A DNA stretch of 64,000 nucleotides from Desulfocapsa sp. Lineage in GTDB: Bacteria > Desulfobacterota > Desulfobulbia > Desulfobulbales > Desulfocapsaceae. The notes below the pieces were generated by a model, which was not told the DNA's origin, did not search any database, and saw only the letters and a program-made list of their open reading frames with translations. Position numbers and translations under genes: made by a program. Location of the stretch: NCBI GenBank assembly GCA_016765495.1, contig JAESPV010000035.1:51729-115728 (forward strand). Reading direction: 5' to 3'. Shown here one piece after another: positions 17,506 to 28,822 of the stretch (the stretch's first letter is position 1; every line of letters begins with the position of its first letter).

Positions 17506-20500
17506 TCACGCCTCGGCTGCTGTCAAAACCTCCACAAAAATGGCCACCACCCGAAAATCCTCAGACTTTCCTGGCAGAATAATGATATCATCATAATCGG
17601 GATTGAGCGCTTTCAGGGTAATAGACTCGTGCTGCCAGCCATTGTCAGGATCCACCCTCTTGCTGGATTGATACGATTTTACGGTATAGCTGGCACCGGT
17701 GTCCTGATCGGAGATATCGGCCTGCTGAGCCAGAACAATTCGTCCATTACGACTCCCGCCCACTTCAAAGCTGAACAGACAGTACGCACCATCCGGGATA
17801 AGGGGTTCCATGGATTTCCCCTGTATCCGAGCCACAAACATGGATGGCGCAAGACTTCTCCTGCTGGTCAACCCCTCCACCACAAACCAGGTCTCCGGTG
17901 CATCCGGGATGGATGAATCCATAAAATCCCCTGCTGCTATGCTTAGCGGATAATAGGGTAGAACCCTGGTGAACTTATCTGCCTCCGGTGGAATATCACT
18001 AAATAACTCCCGATCAGCGTCCTCCTCTTCAGGGGCAAAACTCTCCGGCAACAGGAAGGCATAGTCTGTTTCCTCCAGGGTAATTTCCAACTTGAGGTAA
18101 TAGGTCTGCAGATCTTCAGTGAGCTGCACCACCGTCTGCTGAAAGTCTTCCGGCTCCAGATTCTGAATCAATTCCGGATCCAAGGCAAGGTAGTTCAGAT
18201 CCTTGCACTGGTAGAAAAAACGTTTCCTCTCAAATTTTTCAAAAGGATTCTGCAGCAGACTTCGCTGTATTTTTTTCTGATCCCCAAGGACATCACGCTG
18301 GTTGTAGGGGCAATTCGGACGTTCATTTTTACTGTATTTCGCAAGGGTCTCCATATAAAAGCGCTGATACAACTCAAGTATGTCCGGCAGTAAGGCCTCG
18401 AAACGTTCGTTACAACTCTTCAGGAATGCCAGGAGAAAGATGATCTTGTAGGAAAAGGTATAATCACGCTTCTCAAGAAACTCCTTAAAATCATTTACCC
18501 TGGTTTCGGTAGTATGCTTCTGCAAACCAAGATCCCGCCGAATATGGGCCACTTGGTCGGGGTCAAAGAAATGCAGATGCTGCCTACCGAAGGGATAGCG
18601 TACATCGGCCTTGATTTTCCCGTGCTTGAGCCACTTCCTGACGGTACCGGTTGAAACAAACAGCTCCCGCGCCAACTGCTCTTCATTCAGATACGCACCG
18701 TACTTCTCCTCAAAGCTGAAGATATCCACCGGCTCAACACGACGTTCCCCCTCGTAAAGCCCGTCAAGGGCAATAATCTCCCTCTCCTGATGAAAACGCT
18801 CCGGCCTTACCAGGTCTGCAAAAGGCTTATAGTCGGGAATCCGAAATAGAGCATGGAGGGAAAGGGGTTGCAACCTGGCGCCATAATTATCGACAACATC
18901 CAGCACATAGAGCGCCTCCTTGCCGGGATGATTGCGTAAGCCCCGGCCAAGCTGTTGGGTGTACAGAACTTTGGAGAATGTCGGCCGTGCCATTACCAGG
19001 ATAGCTGTTTGCGGTGCGTCCCAGCCCTCGGTGAGCAGATCACAGGCACAAAGAAAACGAATCGCACCGCTGTCGTAGTCCTGCTGAGCCCTGGCTGCAC
19101 TTTTCCTGTCTCTTCCGTCCACTGCAGCAGCAGAAATTTCTTCCCCGTTTAGCAGTTTTGCCATGCGCCGGGCATGCTTGATATCAACGCAGAAAACAAC
19201 GCCCTGCTTATGGCTGAACTCACCGCCAAAATAACGCTGCAGCACTTCGGCCACAAGCCTGTCCCTGGACGGCACCAGCAAGGTTCGTTGCAGGTCGTTT
19301 TTCACATACTCCTTGCCGTTAAAGCGCACCTCTGAGAGATCTATATTCGATTTAATTCGAAAGCAGCGCACAGGCGGGACAAGTCCCTGGCGTATTGCCT
19401 CCTCAAGGGACAATTGCGGCTCGTATTCACCGAAAATTTTTTCCAGCCGCTGTTGATCGAAACGCTCCGGAGTGGCGGTGACGCCAAGCAGATGGGTAGG
19501 CGTAAAGTGTTCAAGGATGTTACGAAGCCCAAGTGCTGCAGCATGGTGAGCCTCGTCAACCACGATATAGTCAAAGCGATCGGCAGGGATCTTGTAGTAA
19601 TGACGATGCAGATAGGCGCTGGTCTGGACAAAAAAGTCTGCCTTCTTGTCTGCCAGTATGTCAACAGAGCAGCTGGATTGCAACTCAGATGGAAGACGAA
19701 GCACAAGTCGGGCCAGGGGTCTGCTCGCGCAGTTTTCTGGTGGGGACAACAATCAAGGCCCTCAAGCTGCCGGCCTGCTGCCTGACACGCACCAGGTCCT
19801 CTATAAAGATCTCTGTTTTACCAGTACCGGTAGGGAGAACGAGTAAAAAGGCATGCCTGCCCTGTTTACGGGCATCATCCAGCTGGGCCAGGGCATCCCG
19901 CTGATGATTGCGCAGGGTGAACAGCTCGCGGGGTACTTTGATGATGGATTTGTCAAGAAAAGGACGGCTATCCCCCAGGAAGCGCTGCAACTCCAGGATA
20001 AAGCGTTCCCGGTCACGCATGCCGTTCAAGGACCAGCGAAAGACCCTGAAGCCGTCAGCCACAAGGGAATTTTGTTTGAAAAGCTGCGAGCGGTAACGAT
20101 TCGGGCCGATCATCACCGGATGATGCCAACTCTCACCGTTCAGCTCAATGGCGAATTTCGCCGAACTGCTGAAAAGAGCGTAGTCTATATAGCGGGTGAC
20201 ACCATCCAGATCGATATACGCAAATTCCCGATGCAGACCCATCCTGGCCCGGTCGCCAAAGGCCTGCAGAAAACAATCCTCGAAGGTGGCCTCCGGCAGG
20301 GTTGGGTCTGGCTCCTGTTCCGTCCGGTTACCACCAAAGCGTCGAATTGTTTCAGGATCACTGTCACCATCGAGAAACAGGCTAATCTCTTCCTGTAATG
20401 CAGATAGCAAATCATCCTCATCAAAAAGAAAACGAAAAACCCGATCATACGAAAATACAAACTTGTTCTGAGTGGTGGTGTAAGCCACATACGGATAGTC

Positions 20501-20656
20501 TGCCAACCGACAAATGACCGTATCAATCAACAGGCAGGTGCTGTCACTTTCCCGGTGGTAGACACAACCGGTTTCGGCCTGGGAGTGCTGAGAAAACCCA
20601 CAACCAAGGAGCCAATCATGCAGCTCTTCCTGCAGACAGGCGGAATCAGGCTTCAT
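17506..20656 (-). pseudogene. Frameshifted fusion: Vsr/DUF559-like nuclease, SF2 (ResIII-like) helicase, HTH, helical domain and S24 autopeptidase
   Basis: ORF 19685-20656 has YIDYAL...AIELNGESWH and Walker A PTGTGKT. ORF 17506-19752 has VVDEAHH, TATPER, EGWDAP, QQLGRGLR, an HTH (LARELFVSTGTVRKW), IAAG, GKSMEP and TVK. Removing one G from GGGG 19716-19719 joins them into ~1049 aa. Confidence 0.8.
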
Positions 20657-21230
20657 TTACGAATTTCAACACATATCCCAGCCAGATATCTTCAGGACGC
20701 AACTTGGATACCTGTCGGGAGAAATCAAGAATAGCCAGCCCGCATAAATCAAAAAGCTCTTCCAGTTCACTCTGCGCCCATAAGGTGAAGCGACGACCGT
20801 CAGCTGAAGCAACGACACCCTCTCCCTCTTTCATGGTGATCAGCACATGACCGCCGGGGACAAGTGACCGACACGTGGATCGAAGTATTCCAGAGACGGT
20901 ATTTCTTGGCTGATGCACCAGCGATCCAATAAAAACAAGGGCACAAAAGCCACGGCTACCGAAGTCATGGTGACAGAAATCCGCCTCAATAACTTCGCAA
21001 CCGGCGTGCTCCCGAGCAAGTCGAGCAAGACTGGGTGCCTGTTCCAGGCCTGTTGGCCGAAAACCATGCTGCCGCAACCAGAGGAGATCCCGGCCGGAAC
21101 CGCAGCCCACATCGAGGATTGTTGCCCGGGGTTTTAAAAACCCGGTCAGCGGCGTAAGAAAAGCGGCAGGGTCAATATCAACTGTGGATTTGAAGTATTG
21201 TTGGTGGTTTTGTTCGTAGAATTGGTTCAT
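20646..21230 (-). CDS. Class I SAM-dependent methyltransferase
   Basis: ILDVGCGSGRD motif I; overlaps the helicase start. Likely start is ATG 21230, since upstream ATGs lie inside a heptamer repeat. Confidence 0.88.
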   Translation of the reverse strand: MNQFYEQNHQQYFKSTVDIDPAAFLTPLTGFLKPRATILDVGCGSGRDLLWLRQHGFRPTGLEQAPSLARLAREHAGCEVIEADFCHHDFGSRGFCALVFIGSLVHQPRNTVSGILRSTCRSLVPGGHVLITMKEGEGVVASADGRRFTLWAQSELEELFDLCGLAILDFSRQVSKLRPEDIWLGYVLKFVNEA

Positions 21231-21252
21231 TGTGCATTGTGCATTGTGCATT
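21228..21252. repeat. Heptamer tandem repeat (CATTGTG)x3.5
   Basis: Visible directly at the methyltransferase start. Confidence 0.85.
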
Positions 21253-21344
21253 CATAGCAAACTGGAAAAGTATTAGAAGTCACTTTTATAGGGGAAAAGA
21301 GCCTCCTAAGACTGGAAATAAACTATTTTTGAGGTGTTTTGTTA

Positions 21345-21719
21345 TTAATTTAGCCTATTAGTTTGATCCGCCCCACTAGTACGTAGTCCCCAGTCTATTT
21401 TGTCATGGACGGTCAGAGAAAAATCACCGGATAGATGTTTTACATGATACGCAAGAAGTCTAACTGTCTTATCTGTATAGCTGTAAAGACTTTCTCCCAC
21501 ATAATCCCCAACCTCGACGGTTATACCAAGCTCTTCTTTGAGCTCCCGACGCAGGCATTCTTCTGGAGTCTCACCATGCTCTATTTTCCCGCCAGGAAAC
21601 TCCCACTTTTTTTCAAGATGCTGGCCGGGTGCCCACCTTGCAACAAGAACTGCATCACCCTTGCTGAAAACAGCAGCTGCAACATCAATGATCCGATCAT
21701 TTTTCACCTCTGCCATCAT
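21345..21719 (-). CDS. MutT/NudG-like NUDIX hydrolase, probably C-terminally truncated
   Basis: Nudix box WEFPGGKIEHGETPEECLRRELKEELG; family-like sequence stops at HDKIDW (~21390); 4-nt overlap with the upstream helicase. Confidence 0.85.
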   Translation of the reverse strand: MMAEVKNDRIIDVAAAVFSKGDAVLVARWAPGQHLEKKWEFPGGKIEHGETPEECLRRELKEELGITVEVGDYVGESLYSYTDKTVRLLAYHVKHLSGDFSLTVHDKIDWGLRTSGADQTNRLN

Positions 21720-24624
21720 GCTGCCGCCAGTCGTGCTGTTGCCCTGACCAATTTACCCGGCATTGGGTATTGAAGTTGCCAGATAATCGACATCGGTTTG
21801 CTGCCAGTATAACTGACATATTTTGCTGGGCCAAGAAAATAGTATGGGCAAGCCAGGTTGTTTTTCTTCTTTTGCTCTCTGACAAAGAGCAACACATTGC
21901 TCCCTTCTTTCTGGTGGTTCACGTAGCGTTTTCCGGTGGGAGAAATATCACTGGTTGTACTTTGGGACTGCCAATGGAAATGGGTTTCGTCCAAGGCATA
22001 ATCTTTGTACATGGTTGTGGGGGAGTAGTCTTTTTCTGTTTTGTCCAGAGTGACAAAAAACAGATCTGTCTGAATATCAGAAAGATATTTTACCCCTTCC
22101 CGGACAGTTGACCGGGATTCAAAGGTAAGAAAACCCAGCCCGGAGAGAATCTCGTCACGAGTATAGCTCCCGTGTACTGAAAGTGGGCAGGCAACTGGCA
22201 CATCTATTCTGTGGACGACTGTTTTCGTTCTGTTTATAAGCAGTTGAATGAGCTCAAGAGCCTCATCGAAAAGGGTCTGATTTTGTTTGAGCGCCGCAAT
22301 ATTCCCAAAAAGGGTATCGTGAGGTGGCTTATTGTTCCATATTGAGAAACAGAACATGGTCAGCAATCGTTCTGTTTCAAGCGGCAAATCTGCCATCTCG
22401 CCTTTCTCCAACTCCCCTGACAAAATGCCAAAAAGTTTGGTCAGCTGAGGTGCGCTGTTATTGTGGGCAAAGCGTCGCAGGCCTTTGGCTAACTGGGCCT
22501 CATCTCTCTCATCAAAGCCCTCTCGCACCCCTGCCCAGGCACAAAGTCTTGCCCAGGATGCTTTTTTATAAATATCATCCAGTTCCAATTGATTGTATTC
22601 AAGAAAATTTCCAAGGGTCAGCGGAAGGGCTGCGTCTCGTCCAAAGGAGGCTATGCGGCTTACAAGTTGATTCTTGTTCGCGTGGGTGAGGGCCTTACTG
22701 ATGTTCTCCAGCACATACCTTTGTGCCTCTTTTTCCATCTCAATAACACAGCCGGATGGCAGTGACGGGAAAGCCGATTGGATTTCATCTTCAACTCTTC
22801 TTGAGCTTTGTCCCAGAAGAGCACGGAAGCGAATCTCGAAATTGAATTTTTGATGGGCCTGCCCAATAAAATCAAGGACTGTCAGGTAGTCCTTTCCTTC
22901 ACACAAACGCAGACCACGCCCCAGCTGTTGCAGAAAAACGGTCAAACTTTCAGTGGGACGAAGGAAGAGGACAGTATCGATCTCCGGGATATCAATCCCT
23001 TCGTTAAACAGATCCACCACACAGAGGAAATTGATTTTTCGGCTTCTGAGCTGTGAAATTGCCTGCCTTCTCTCCGCTCCAGGAGTCTCTGCAGTAAGGG
23101 CCATGGCAGGAATCTGATATTTATCAAACTGTTTTGCCATATACTCTGCGTGTCGTTGGGAAACACAGAAGCACACTCCGCACGCCTGCGAGACATCAAG
23201 CAGAATATCTATGGCCTTCTCAATGATCAGTTTTGCCCGGATATCGTCCCCGGTGATAAGAAGGGACTCCAGTTCCCCCCTGTCATAGCCTCCGCGTTTC
23301 CAGGCAAGCTGGGAATAATCGACTTGATCGCTAATACAGAAATATTGAAATGGTGAAAGAAGCTTACGGTTAATGGCATCCGGCAACCTGATCTCTGCAC
23401 TGATATGACCGTTAAAGTATTTGAGGATGTCCTGACCATCGGCTCGTTCCGGTGTGGCGGTGAGGCCCAGCAATATCTGAGGGGTGAAAGAGTTGGTGAG
23501 TTTCTGATAGCTTGGGGCAGCAGCATGATGGAATTCATCAATGATGATATAGTCGTAAAAACCAGTATCTATCTTATTCCACAGCTTCTGCGCGTTCAAG
23601 GTCTGCACAGAGACAAAGAGCTGTTCCAAATGGGACGGACGAAACTGCCCCACCCATAACTCGCCAAAGTTCTGGTCCCGTAAGATGTTGCGAAAGACAG
23701 CCCGTGACTGGGTGAGAATTTCCTCACGATGGGCAACAAAAAGCAGGCGTGCCTCGCCTTGCCCTGAGACAAATCGCTTAAAGTCAAAGGCGGCAATGAC
23801 TGTCTTTCCTGTTCCGGTTGCGGCCACCACCAGATTTTGATACCTGTTGTGTAGCCTTCGTTCGGCATCTAATGTATCGAGGATCTCCTGTTGATAGAGA
23901 TAGGGGCTAATATCAAAAAAGGCCAGATGGTTCTCTTGCAGGGAAGCGCCGGAATGTCTTTCCTGGTTGAGGGCATCATCCAGGCGTGGCAGGTCATCGT
24001 TGCTTATCCGATCAAATTCTTTGGATAACTGGTAGGTTTCAAAAGTCGCATTGATCTTTTCCCACAAATGAACAGTTTCATACTGACAGATTTTCACATT
24101 CCACTCAAGACCATCGGTCATGGCTGGATTGGAGATATTTGACGAACCGACATAGGCACTGCCAAAACCACTCTCACGGTGGAAGATATAGGCCTTGGCG
24201 TGGAGAATTTCCTGTTTCAGTTGCGAGACCAGCGCGGATCACCGGAGGTGGCGGTGAGAAGAGAACTTACGGAAAGTGGTGTTGTGGGCTTTGGATGCCT
24301 GGCAAATACAGGGTTATGTATCTGTAAAAGGCGGCTGGCGCTCTGATCAACTTGTGGGGGACTGTCCTGATTGCGGGGGATAACCTGGGCGGCCATGGAA
24401 AGCAGTTGATTGCAGATTGCAACTTGTCTCTGCAAGGTATCTTCACCGGTCATTCCAGAAAACAGGTGGGATAATTCCTTTCCCAGGTATTGAGCCAGGA
24501 CAGAATGACTCTCTCCGCAATCGATTGGAGAACGAGTTACTTCCAGACGCTGGTCGAGCTGGTCCAACTCCTGCCGTAAAGCATCGGTGACAATTTGCTC
24601 ATAGAGTCCAGGTTTGATCGGCAT
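21716..24624 (-). pseudogene. SauUSI-like type IV restriction enzyme (PLD nuclease, SF2 helicase, DUF3427), disrupted
   Basis: N-terminal ORF 24217-24624; 1-bp indel near 24234; then LVSQLKQEI-LHAKAYIF...GSSN in frame with ORF 21716-24121. That ORF has ATGTGKT, IDEFHH, QQLGRGLR and DUF3427-like YKDYA..ETHFHWQSQ. Confidence 0.82.
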
Positions 24625-24722
24625 AGGGAGGCATAATTGCTGAGGGTTTTCATGAGGCCATCATCTTTGCATACCATAACTGAAGAAAACCACAAGTAAA
24701 AACACAATGATGACCGATAGTT

Positions 24723-24983
24723 TTGCCAATGGGAACCTGGTCTCGTGTTTATGAAAATATTAAAAAAGGGAAGACTCGACAAAGGATCAGTAAATTCTTC
24801 CCATTCAAAACAAATGACTTTGCTGGTTGGCTTCACGCCTTAACCTTGATTCGGAATAATTGTGCGCCCCATAGCCGGTTTTGGAATAGTACTTTTCCCC
24901 TAAAGCTAAAAATATTGCAACATGACCACACAGAATGCAAGGTCTGCAATATGGGCACGCCATCAGTGATACCTCGCTCATAG
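24723..24983 (+). pseudogene. Remnant of an Abi_2 (AbiD/AbiF-like, HEPN) abortive-infection gene
   Basis: MGTWSRVYENIK...ISKFF...GWLHALTLIRNNCAPHSRFWN matches the Abi_2 core pattern (WL..L..IRN.CAHH.RLWN); both ends are missing. Confidence 0.65.
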
Positions 24984-25038
24984 AGTCACGGTCTGATTGG
25001 CATAACGCAGGTTACAATCATTTTATCGGGTTAAAAAC

Positions 25039-25080
25039 AAAAAAAGCCCGATGAATATTATAAAATATTCATCGGGCTTT
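25039..25080 (-). terminator. Rho-independent terminator of tRNA-Met
   Basis: GCCCGATGAATATT-ATAA-AATATTCATCGGGC stem with a T-run on the minus strand. Confidence 0.85.
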
Positions 25081-25089
25081 GTCAAAACC

Positions 25090-25166
25090 TGGTGGCGATG
25101 CAGGGAATTGAACCCCGGACACTACGGATATGAGCCGTATGCTCTAACCATCTGAGCTACATCGCC
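25090..25166 (-). tRNA. tRNA-Met (CAT), probably elongator
   Basis: GGCGATGTAGCTCAGATGGTTAGAGCATACGGCTCATATCCGTAGTGTCCGGGGTTCAATTCCCTGCATCGCCACCA: folds as a cloverleaf, CAT anticodon, G1-C72 paired, encoded CCA. Confidence 0.95.
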
Positions 25167-25184
25167 AATATGTGAAGAGAAAAA

Positions 25185-25213
25185 TATGTACCTTATTCAT
25201 CTTCCAGTGTCAA
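25185..25213 (-). promoter_or_regulatory. Sigma70 promoter of tRNA-Met
   Basis: TTGACA-N17-TACATA on the minus strand. Confidence 0.7.
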
Positions 25214-25239
25214 CTTTTTTCGTGAAAAAGTTGACACAT

Positions 25240-25275
25240 AAAAAAAAGGACCTCGCAAAGGAGGCCCTTTTTTTT
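25240..25275 (-). terminator. groEL terminator (bidirectional type)
   Basis: A8-GGACCTC-GCAAAG-GAGGCCC-T8. Confidence 0.8.
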
Positions 25276-25314
25276 ATACTACCTGTCTTCAGAAAAGACT
25301 GAATCAGGGGGAAT

Positions 25315-26985
<1,671 letters not shown>

Positions 26986-27018
26986 CTATAAATAAAGGGG
27001 TGTTGACAGGTTTGTTCG

Positions 27019-27309
27019 TTATTTTTCTACGATTCCAAGGATGTCTTCTTCACGCATGATAAGGAAATCCTCACCATCAAGCTTCACATCGGTTCCGCCG
27101 TATTTAGAAAAGAGAACCATGTCTCCCTCTTTTACCTGCAGAGCAACACGCTCGCCATTATCGGCAACTTTACCAGGTCCTACTGCTACAACCTCACCTT
27201 CAGCTGGTTTCTCTTTGGCACTATCTGGAATGATGATACCACCGGCGGTTATTTTCTCTTCTTCCAGTCTCTTAACGAGAAGACGATCATTTAATGGACG
27301 GATTTTCAT
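27019..27309 (-). CDS. groES: Co-chaperonin GroES
   Basis: MKIRPLNDR...[13 protein letters not shown]; AGGAGG RBS. Confidence 0.99.
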   Translation of the reverse strand: MKIRPLNDRLLVKRLEEEKITAGGIIIPDSAKEKPAEGEVVAVGPGKVADNGERVALQVKEGDMVLFSKYGGTDVKLDGEDFLIMREEDILGIVEK

Positions 27310-27426
27310 TTACTTCCTCCTGTAGAACGTATTTTTGCTTATAAAGGTTAGGCATCTACGACCCATTTTCACAAGCTTTGATTAATAATTCAACTAAATA
27401 CCAGTCGCTTTCGAACTGCGTAAAAC

Positions 27427-27456
27427 TATAGGTTTGCTTTTATGAAAATCAAGGGG
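27427..27456 (-). promoter_or_regulatory. Candidate sigma32-type heat-shock promoter of groESL
   Basis: Minus strand CCCCTTGAT-N15-CCTATA resembles the RpoH consensus CTTGAA...CCCCAT. Confidence 0.5.
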
Positions 27457-27542
27457 CGAATGCTAAAAAAAACAGCACCCACCCCAAGTTATTGACTTTG
27501 TGTATTTATATTGCACGATCTGTGCGACATGTAAGAAAGGAG

Positions 27543-28625
27543 CTAGCCGACCCGAACAATCCACTTAAAAGGATCATCCTGCTTGCCGTTTTGAATAGCC
27601 TGGAGGTCATCAAAAAGTCGTTGGGACAACTCACCGGTTTTTCCGCCTGCTATCACATACTTTTTTTCCTGATAGCAAAGTTCCCCAATGGGCGAAATTA
27701 CCGCAGCAGTGCCAGAGCCAAAGGATTCCTGCAGGCTGCCGTCTTCAAGAGCAGCGATCACTTCATCAATTGAAATCTGTTTTTCGATCACATTAATGCC
27801 CCAGCTTTTAGCTAGTTGCATAACTGAATCACGGGTGATGCCACCAAGAATAGATCCTCCAAGGGGAGGTGTAATCAAATCATCGCCAATCTTAAAAAAG
27901 ATATTTGATGTTCCTACTTCTTCGATATATTTTCGTTCACAGGCATCGAGCCAGAGCACCTGCGTATATCCCGCCTTCTGTGCTTCCTCGGCCGCCATAA
28001 TAGATGCTGCGTAGTTGCCCGCAGTTTTTACATGACCCACGCCGCCTTTTACAGCACGTACATATTTATCTGTCACCCAGATTTTTGTGGGATTAAAACC
28101 TTCAGTATAATAGGTACCAACGGGTGACATGATAACAAAGAAATAATACTGTTCAGATGGGCGTACGCCGAGTGCCGGCTCCACTGCAATCATGGTTGGA
28201 CGAAGATATAACGAAGCACCATCTCCGGTTGGAATCCAATCCCGATCAAGATAGACCAGAGCCTTAATTCCCTTCAGTACCTTCTCCACAGGGATACGCG
28301 GCATACACATACGCAGTGCCGAGCTGTTCATACGTTCAAGATTATCTTCGGGACGAAACATGAAAATCTGGTTATTTCCCCCCTTATACGCCTTTAATCC
28401 TTCAAAAATTGCCTGGCCGTAGTGATACACCATGGCGGCAGGATCCATATTGAATTTCTTATAGGGGCAGATCTCAGCATCATGCCAACCGTTTTGCCGA
28501 TCCCATTTCATAAGAAACATGTGATCGGTAAAAAAACTCCCAAACCCGAGATTATTTTGATCTGGCTTGTCTTTCCGTTTATCGGCGTCGCACCTGGCCA
28601 CCGATATATCTAACTCTTTCCACAT
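27543..28625 (-). CDS. ilvE: Branched-chain amino acid aminotransferase
   Basis: FTDHMF, YGQAIFEGLKA, KTAGNYA, EEVGTSNIF, GITRDSV and GTAAVISP motifs. Confidence 0.96.
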   Translation of the reverse strand: MWKELDISVARCDADKRKDKPDQNNLGFGSFFTDHMFLMKWDRQNGWHDAEICPYKKFNMDPAAMVYHYGQAIFEGLKAYKGGNNQIFMFRPEDNLERMNSSALRMCMPRIPVEKVLKGIKALVYLDRDWIPTGDGASLYLRPTMIAVEPALGVRPSEQYYFFVIMSPVGTYYTEGFNPTKIWVTDKYVRAVKGGVGHVKTAGNYAASIMAAEEAQKAGYTQVLWLDACERKYIEEVGTSNIFFKIGDDLITPPLGGSILGGITRDSVMQLAKSWGINVIEKQISIDEVIAALEDGSLQESFGSGTAAVISPIGELCYQEKKYVIAGGKTGELSQRLFDDLQAIQNGKQDDPFKWIVRVG

Positions 28626-28822
28626 GGTGTACCTCGTTTATTACGGTCGTTGAAGCATTTCTCTTTGCTTCGACCGCAGTCCATTATATAGTAACAGGGG
28701 AATGTTGTTGTGTTGCCGTACTTCGAAGACGGCAAACAAAGGAGTAAACGTACCCAAATTCGAGAGAATTGCAACATTTTCCTACTATAAACAAGTCGAA
28801 CACCGGCAAAGAGAAAAAATCC

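Noticed and set aside
27440-27466. CIRCE (HrcA) operator upstream of groES
   Set aside because: Only one half-site-like TTAGCATTC is present; the partner GAGTGCTAA at 9-nt spacing is absent.
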